From Chthoniobacterales bacterium (GTDB lineage Bacteria; Verrucomicrobiota; Verrucomicrobiia; Chthoniobacterales; JACTMZ01), in the NCBI GenBank assembly GCA_049451035.1, contig JBMTVD010000001.1, positions 910 through 64,909 on the forward strand: a stretch of 64,000 nucleotides of DNA, written 5' to 3'. Below the pieces are notes generated by a model. It had not been told where the DNA came from, made no database searches, and was given only the letters and a program-made list of their open reading frames with translations. Numbering within the stretch: the stretch's first letter is position 1; each line of letters begins with the position of its first letter. Position numbers and translations under genes: made by a program. This document shows positions 59,807 to 64,000 of the stretch, one piece after another.

Positions 59807-62377
59807 GTGTATACACAGAACGAAAAAGTCGAACCGATCGATGTCGCGGAGGAGATGTCACGCTCCTTCCTCGACTACTCCATGTCCGTCATAATCAGCC
59901 GCGCGTTGCCCGACGCGCGCGACGGACTCAAGCCCGCCCAGCGCCGCATCCTCTACGCGATGCACGACCTGCGTTTGTTCCCCGGACGACAGCACATCAA
60001 GTGTGCCAAGATTTGCGGCGACACCAGCGGCAACTACCACCCGCACGGCGAAGCGGTCATCTACCCCACCCTTGTGCACATGGCGCAAAACTGGGCCATG
60101 CGCGAAACACTCGTCGACGGCCAGGGCAACTTCGGCTCGGTCGAAGGCGACCCGCCGGCCGCCATGCGTTACACCGAGGCCCGCCTGACGCACCTCGGCA
60201 CGGCCCTCATGTCCGACATGGACAAGTCGACCGTCGACTTCGTCCCCAACTACGACGAGCGCCTGACCGAACCCGTTGTCTTCCCGGCCGCTTTCCCCAA
60301 TCTTCTGGTCAACGGCGGCACCGGTATCGCCGTCGGCATGGCCACCAACATGCCGCCGCACAACCTCGGCGAAGTCATCGACGCCATCTGCGCGCAGATC
60401 GACAAACCCGACATCACGCTCGAGGGCCTGATGAAGCACGTCAAAGGTCCCGACTTCCCGACGGGCTGCCAACTCTGCGGCGTGGGCGGCATCCGCCAAT
60501 ACCTCGAAACCGGCCGCGGATCGGTCAAAGTCCGCGGCAAAGCCGGCGTCGAGGAACTCAAGGGCAACCGCGAGCAGATCGTCATCACCGAGATCCCCTA
60601 CAACGTCAACCGCGCCACCCTCGTCGAGCGCATCGCGGATCTCGTCAACCAGAAGACGATCACCGACATCAGCGCCATCCGCGACGAATCGGACGAAAAG
60701 ACGCGCGTCGTCGTCGAACTCAAGCGCGACGCCAACCCCAAGGTTGTCATCAACAACCTCTACAAGCACACCGCGCTCGAGTCGTCGTTCCCCATCACGA
60801 TGCTGGCCATCGACCACGGCAAGCCGAAGCTCCTGTCGCTCAAGGAAGCCATTGCCTGCTACATCGAGCACCGCCGCGAAGTCGTCCTGCGCCGCACCCG
60901 CCACCTCCTCGGCGAGGCCGAAGTCCGCGCGGAAAAACTCGAGGCTTTTCTCATTGCCCTGGCCAACCTCGACGAATTCATCCGCATCATCCGCGGCTCG
61001 AAGAACCGCGAGGAAGCCAAAGTCAAACTCCTCGCCTTCGAATTCACCAAGAAACAGGTGGAAAAATTCGGGGTCAAAATCCGCAGCGAACAACGCCTGA
61101 GCGACGGCGAATATCTTCTCAGCGAACAGCAGGTCGACGACATCCTCGAACTCCGCCTCTACCAGCTGACCGGCATGGAGAGCGACAAGGTTCTCGCCGA
61201 ATACAAAGAACTCCTCTCCACCATCGAGGACCTCATGGACATCCTCGCCCGCGAGGAACGCGTGCTCGGCATCATCAAAACCGAACTTGGCGAGATCAAA
61301 GCCAAATACGCCGGCCCCCGCCTGACCGACATCGTCCCCGACGAGGGCGAGATCAACATCGAGGACCTCATCACCAACGAGGGCTGCATCATCACCGTCA
61401 CCCACCGCGGCTTCATCAAACGCACCGCGGTCAGCGCCTACCGCGCCCAGAAACGGGGAGGCAAAGGCGTCATCGGCATGCAGACCCGCGAGGCCAAGGC
61501 CGAGAACGAGGAAGATGATTTCGTCGAGCACCTCTTCACCGCCAGCACGCACGACTATCTCGTCTTCTTCACCAAGAAGGGCCGTTGCTACGTCGAGAAA
61601 GCCTACAACATTCCCGAGATGGGCCGCGCCGCCAAAGGCCGCTCCATCGCCAACCTGCTCGAATTCAAACCCGGCGAGGAAATCGCCGCCGTCATGCGCA
61701 TCCAAGCCAAGAGCGGCGCGGACAAAGACGAGACGTGGGATGAAAATCTCCACATTCTTTTCGCCACCCGCACCGGCGTGATCAAGAAGAGCAACCTCTC
61801 CTCTTACCGCAACATCCGCAAAGGCGGCATCATCGCCATCAACATCGAGGACGGCGACGAACTGATCGCCGCCCTCATGACCGACGGCCACAACGAGATC
61901 GTCCTCATCACCAAGGACGGCATGAGCATCCGTTTCAGCGAGGAAGACATCCGCGACATGGGCCGCACCGCCACCGGCGTGTGGGGCATTCGTCCGGACA
62001 AGAAAGATTTCGTCATCGGCGCCGCCCTTGTCGTGCCCGACGCCACTCTGCTGGTGGCCGGGGCCAACGGTGTGGGCAAACGCACCGAATTCGACGAATA
62101 CCGGCTGCAGAAACGCGGTGGCAAAGGCATCATCACCATGAAGGTCACCGACAAGACCGGCGAGGTGGTCAGCGCCCTGAGCGTCCGCGAAAACGACGAA
62201 ATCATGCTCATCACCAGCGGCGGACAAAGCGTCCGCACCCGCGTGAGTGAGATCCGCATGACCGGCCGCAACGCCCAGGGTGTGCGCCTTATCGGCCTGG
62301 GCGAAGGCGAACACCTCCAAGCCATGGCCCCCGTCGTCAGCCAGAGCCAGGAAGACGAAGCCGAAAACGCAGAATAA
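59807..62377 (+). CDS. gyrA: DNA gyrase subunit A
   Basis: GTG start. SFLDYSMSVIISRALPDARDGLKPAQRRILY, HPHGE and AAMRYTE (catalytic Tyr), plus C-terminal beta-pinwheel repeats. 856 aa. Confidence 0.97.
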   Translation: MYTQNEKVEPIDVAEEMSRSFLDYSMSVIISRALPDARDGLKPAQRRILYAMHDLRLFPGRQHIKCAKICGDTSGNYHPHGEAVIYPTLVHMAQNWAMRETLVDGQGNFGSVEGDPPAAMRYTEARLTHLGTALMSDMDKSTVDFVPNYDERLTEPVVFPAAFPNLLVNGGTGIAVGMATNMPPHNLGEVIDAICAQIDKPDITLEGLMKHVKGPDFPTGCQLCGVGGIRQYLETGRGSVKVRGKAGVEELKGNREQIVITEIPYNVNRATLVERIADLVNQKTITDISAIRDESDEKTRVVVELKRDANPKVVINNLYKHTALESSFPITMLAIDHGKPKLLSLKEAIACYIEHRREVVLRRTRHLLGEAEVRAEKLEAFLIALANLDEFIRIIRGSKNREEAKVKLLAFEFTKKQVEKFGVKIRSEQRLSDGEYLLSEQQVDDILELRLYQLTGMESDKVLAEYKELLSTIEDLMDILAREERVLGIIKTELGEIKAKYAGPRLTDIVPDEGEINIEDLITNEGCIITVTHRGFIKRTAVSAYRAQKRGGKGVIGMQTREAKAENEEDDFVEHLFTASTHDYLVFFTKKGRCYVEKAYNIPEMGRAAKGRSIANLLEFKPGEEIAAVMRIQAKSGADKDETWDENLHILFATRTGVIKKSNLSSYRNIRKGGIIAINIEDGDELIAALMTDGHNEIVLITKDGMSIRFSEEDIRDMGRTATGVWGIRPDKKDFVIGAALVVPDATLLVAGANGVGKRTEFDEYRLQKRGGKGIITMKVTDKTGEVVSALSVRENDEIMLITSGGQSVRTRVSEIRMTGRNAQGVRLIGLGEGEHLQAMAPVVSQSQEDEAENAE

Positions 62378-62380
62378 CCG

Positions 62381-62413
62381 GCCGGGCTGCACCCGGCGGA
62401 GTTTTCAGTTTTC
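62381..62413 (+). terminator. Intrinsic terminator of gyrA
   Basis: GCCGGG-CTGCA-CCCGGC hairpin, then GGAGTTTTCAGTTTTCAG. Confidence 0.6.
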
Positions 62414-62474
62414 AGTCGGCAGTTTTCAGTAATCGAACTGGCGTCTCGTCTGGTCTTGTGCTACGTAGATTGCT

Positions 62475-62735
62475 ATGGCAACTACGTATTCCATCACCGA
62501 AGCCCAAGCCAAGTTCCCCGCCGTGGTCCGCGAAGCCGCCGAGCAACCGGTCATCATCACCCGCCGCGACAAAGTCGTCGGCTACCTCCTCTCGCCCGAA
62601 CGTTTCGAAGCCCTCCTCGAAACCATGGAAATCCTCGCCAACCCCGAGGCGATGAAAGCCATCCGCGACGCAGAAACCGGCAAGACCAAATACTACCCGC
62701 TCTCCATCCTCGACGAACCCGGTGATGAAGATTGA
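62475..62735 (+). CDS. Type II antitoxin, Phd/YefM family
   Basis: 86 aa. ITEAQAKFPAVVREAAEQPVIITRRDKVVGYLLSPERFEALLETMEIL. It overlaps the toxin gene by 14 nt. Confidence 0.85.
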   Translation: MATTYSITEAQAKFPAVVREAAEQPVIITRRDKVVGYLLSPERFEALLETMEILANPEAMKAIRDAETGKTKYYPLSILDEPGDED

Positions 62736-63012
62736 ACTGAGCGAACAAGTCTCGACCTTCGTCGGTCGTCAGGCGCCCGACGGACGCAAAATGCTCCGCC
62801 GCGCCTTGCGCCAACTCTCCTCGGAACAAGGCGACATCAAACAACTCGAAGAGCGCCTCAACGGTTTCTGCCGCTTGCGCGTCGGCCCCTTCCGCGTAAT
62901 CTTCCGCTACATCCTCGCCCACGGCAAACGCGTCATCCGCTGCGAATACGTCGAGCGCCGCAAAATCGTCTACGAGGCCTACGAGAAAACCATCACGCTG
63001 ATGCGCGACTGA
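62722..63012 (+). CDS. Type II toxin, RelE/ParE superfamily
   Basis: 96 aa. FCRLRVGPFRVIFRYILAHGKRVIRCEYVERRKIVYE matches the RelE/ParE core pattern. Confidence 0.8.
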   Translation: MMKIELSEQVSTFVGRQAPDGRKMLRRALRQLSSEQGDIKQLEERLNGFCRLRVGPFRVIFRYILAHGKRVIRCEYVERRKIVYEAYEKTITLMRD

Positions 63013-63030
63013 CGTCGTGGCACCAATCGC

Positions 63031-63834
63031 TTACTCGTCCGCCCCGGCCTCTTTCCCCGAGTAATCGCAAATCCCCTTCTTCTTCGCCCCGCGCACGAAG
63101 TCGAAAAACAAAGTTGCCTCCGGACCCCAAGTTTCCTTGGCCGCCGACTCGAGCGCCTGCGACACATTGAGGTTGGACAAATAAAGCAGGCGGAAGGCCC
63201 GCTTGAGTTGCATCCGGGCTTCCGCCGACAGCCCGGCCCTGCGCAGGCCGATCGAGTTGAGACCCATGGCCAGATTGGTTCCCGCACCCACGCAGTAGGG
63301 CGGGATGTCTTTGCTGAAACGGCAACCGCCCCGCACCATGGCCAACTTTCCGATCCGGATGAATTGGTGGAACACCGAACCGCCGCCGAGAAAGGCGCCA
63401 TCATCCACCGCCACGTGCCCGGCCATCAACACCGTGTTGGCCAGGATCACCCCGTTGCCGATCCGGCAGTCATGGGCCAAGTGGCAACCGGTCATGAGAA
63501 AGTTGTCGTCACCCACCGTGGTATCGCTGTTCTCCGCGGTGGCCCGGTTGATCGTCACGTGTTCGCGTATCGTGTTGTTTTTTCCGATCCGCACCCCGGT
63601 GTCGCGCCGCGTCTGGTCGAAGCCGAGGGCTTGCGGATTGCCTCCGAGGATCGTCCCGTGGCCCACCTTGGTTCCCTCCCCGATGACCACGCGGTGCTCG
63701 AGAATAACGTTGGCCCCGATCGAACAACCGCGCCCGATCTCCACTTCGGCACCGATGATCGAAAAGGGCCCGATCTCGACATCATCGGCCAATTTGGCCC
63801 CGTCGGCCACGATCGCAGTGGGATGAATGTTCAT
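63031..63834 (-). CDS. lpxA: Acyl-ACP--UDP-N-acetylglucosamine O-acyltransferase
   Basis: ATG 63834 gives MNIHPTAIVADGAKLADDVEIGPFSIIGAEVEIG. Left-handed beta-helix hexapeptide repeats and the C-terminal helical domain are present. Confidence 0.95.
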   Translation of the reverse strand: MNIHPTAIVADGAKLADDVEIGPFSIIGAEVEIGRGCSIGANVILEHRVVIGEGTKVGHGTILGGNPQALGFDQTRRDTGVRIGKNNTIREHVTINRATAENSDTTVGDDNFLMTGCHLAHDCRIGNGVILANTVLMAGHVAVDDGAFLGGGSVFHQFIRIGKLAMVRGGCRFSKDIPPYCVGAGTNLAMGLNSIGLRRAGLSAEARMQLKRAFRLLYLSNLNVSQALESAAKETWGPEATLFFDFVRGAKKKGICDYSGKEAGADE

Positions 63835-63840
63835 GAGGAT

Positions 63841-63933
63841 GTCGAGGGATGAGGGTTGAGAGAAAATCGATCCGGCCGGACTGGGCTCATCTTCCTCTGC
63901 CCCTCCCCCAACTTTCAACCCTCAACCCTCAAC
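63841..63933. repeat. 21-nt imperfect inverted repeat (about 18/21) with G-tract-rich arms in the intercistronic region upstream of lpxA
   Basis: GTCGAGGGATGAGGGTTGAGA (63841-61) pairs with TTTCAACCCTCAACCCTCAAC (63913-33). The minus-strand RNA carries GGG-N4-GGG-N9-GGGGG-N1-GGGG. Confidence 0.5.
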
Positions 63934-64000
63934 TCAAAGGAGCCCGTGTTCCTTGAAACTGAAGTAGGGAGGCGCCCCGGGACGCTCCCGGCCGACAATG
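63934..64000 (-). CDS. 3' end of an unidentified CDS (runs off the right edge)
   Basis: The minus-strand reading ...IVGRERPGAPPYFSFKEHGLL ends at the stop at 63936-63934. It is too short to assign. Confidence 0.3.
   Translation of the reverse strand, partial: IVGRERPGAPPYFSFKEHGLL

Noticed and set aside
59858-62392. 844-aa ORF antisense to gyrA
   Set aside because: The plus strand encodes an unmistakable GyrA. The antisense translation (runs of D/G/A/V/H) shares third-codon positions with gyrA and has no recognisable motifs.
62401-62430. Three copies of (A)GTTTTCAG(T) downstream of gyrA, considered as a tandem repeat or operator array
   Set aside because: The first two copies follow directly on the GCCGGG/CCCGGC hairpin. 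They are most simply the U-rich tract of the gyrA terminator. The copy number is too low and the spacing too irregular for a repeat array or CRISPR.

Overview
High-GC, tightly packed bacterial chromosome segment made up almost entirely of housekeeping genes. I found no transposase, integrase, phage gene or CRISPR array. The window carries the replication-initiation neighbourhood: dnaA-dnaN on the minus strand, a DnaA-box-bearing intergenic region at 41.4-41.8 kb, and gyrA at 59.8 kb. The gene set is type III glutamine synthetase, RNase HIII, a GreA with a ~470-aa N-terminal extension, LPS genes lpxA/kdsD/GT9, and L,D-transpeptidase. This suggests a Gram-negative PVC-group organism, probably Verrucomicrobiota (Opitutaceae-like); that is inference only. 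I call about 55 CDS, one tRNA-Val(UAC), several intrinsic terminators, a sigma-54-type promoter upstream of glnN, and the programmed +1 frameshift in prfB. The main item for follow-up is a ~0.9 kb ORF-free, hairpin-dense block (58.56-59.44 kb) that ends in a strong minus-strand terminator; it is a candidate large structured ncRNA that I could not match to RNase P, tmRNA, SRP or 6S by eye. Other items: a cluster of four GT-C-like polytopic membrane proteins, including a tandem paralog pair directly behind an orphan sigma-54 activator; a glucosylglycerate-type compatible-solute locus with two divergent GT4 paralogs and a DxY-type HAD protein; an EF-P whose loop tip carries Asn instead of Lys or Arg; and a second DnaA-box/AT-rich island upstream of gyrA. 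Many long ORFs in the track are antisense shadows typical of high-GC DNA and were rejected. Start codons are often uncertain because the track starts at the first ATG/GTG/TTG; I moved starts where the N-terminus, signal peptide or a 4-nt overlap supported it.
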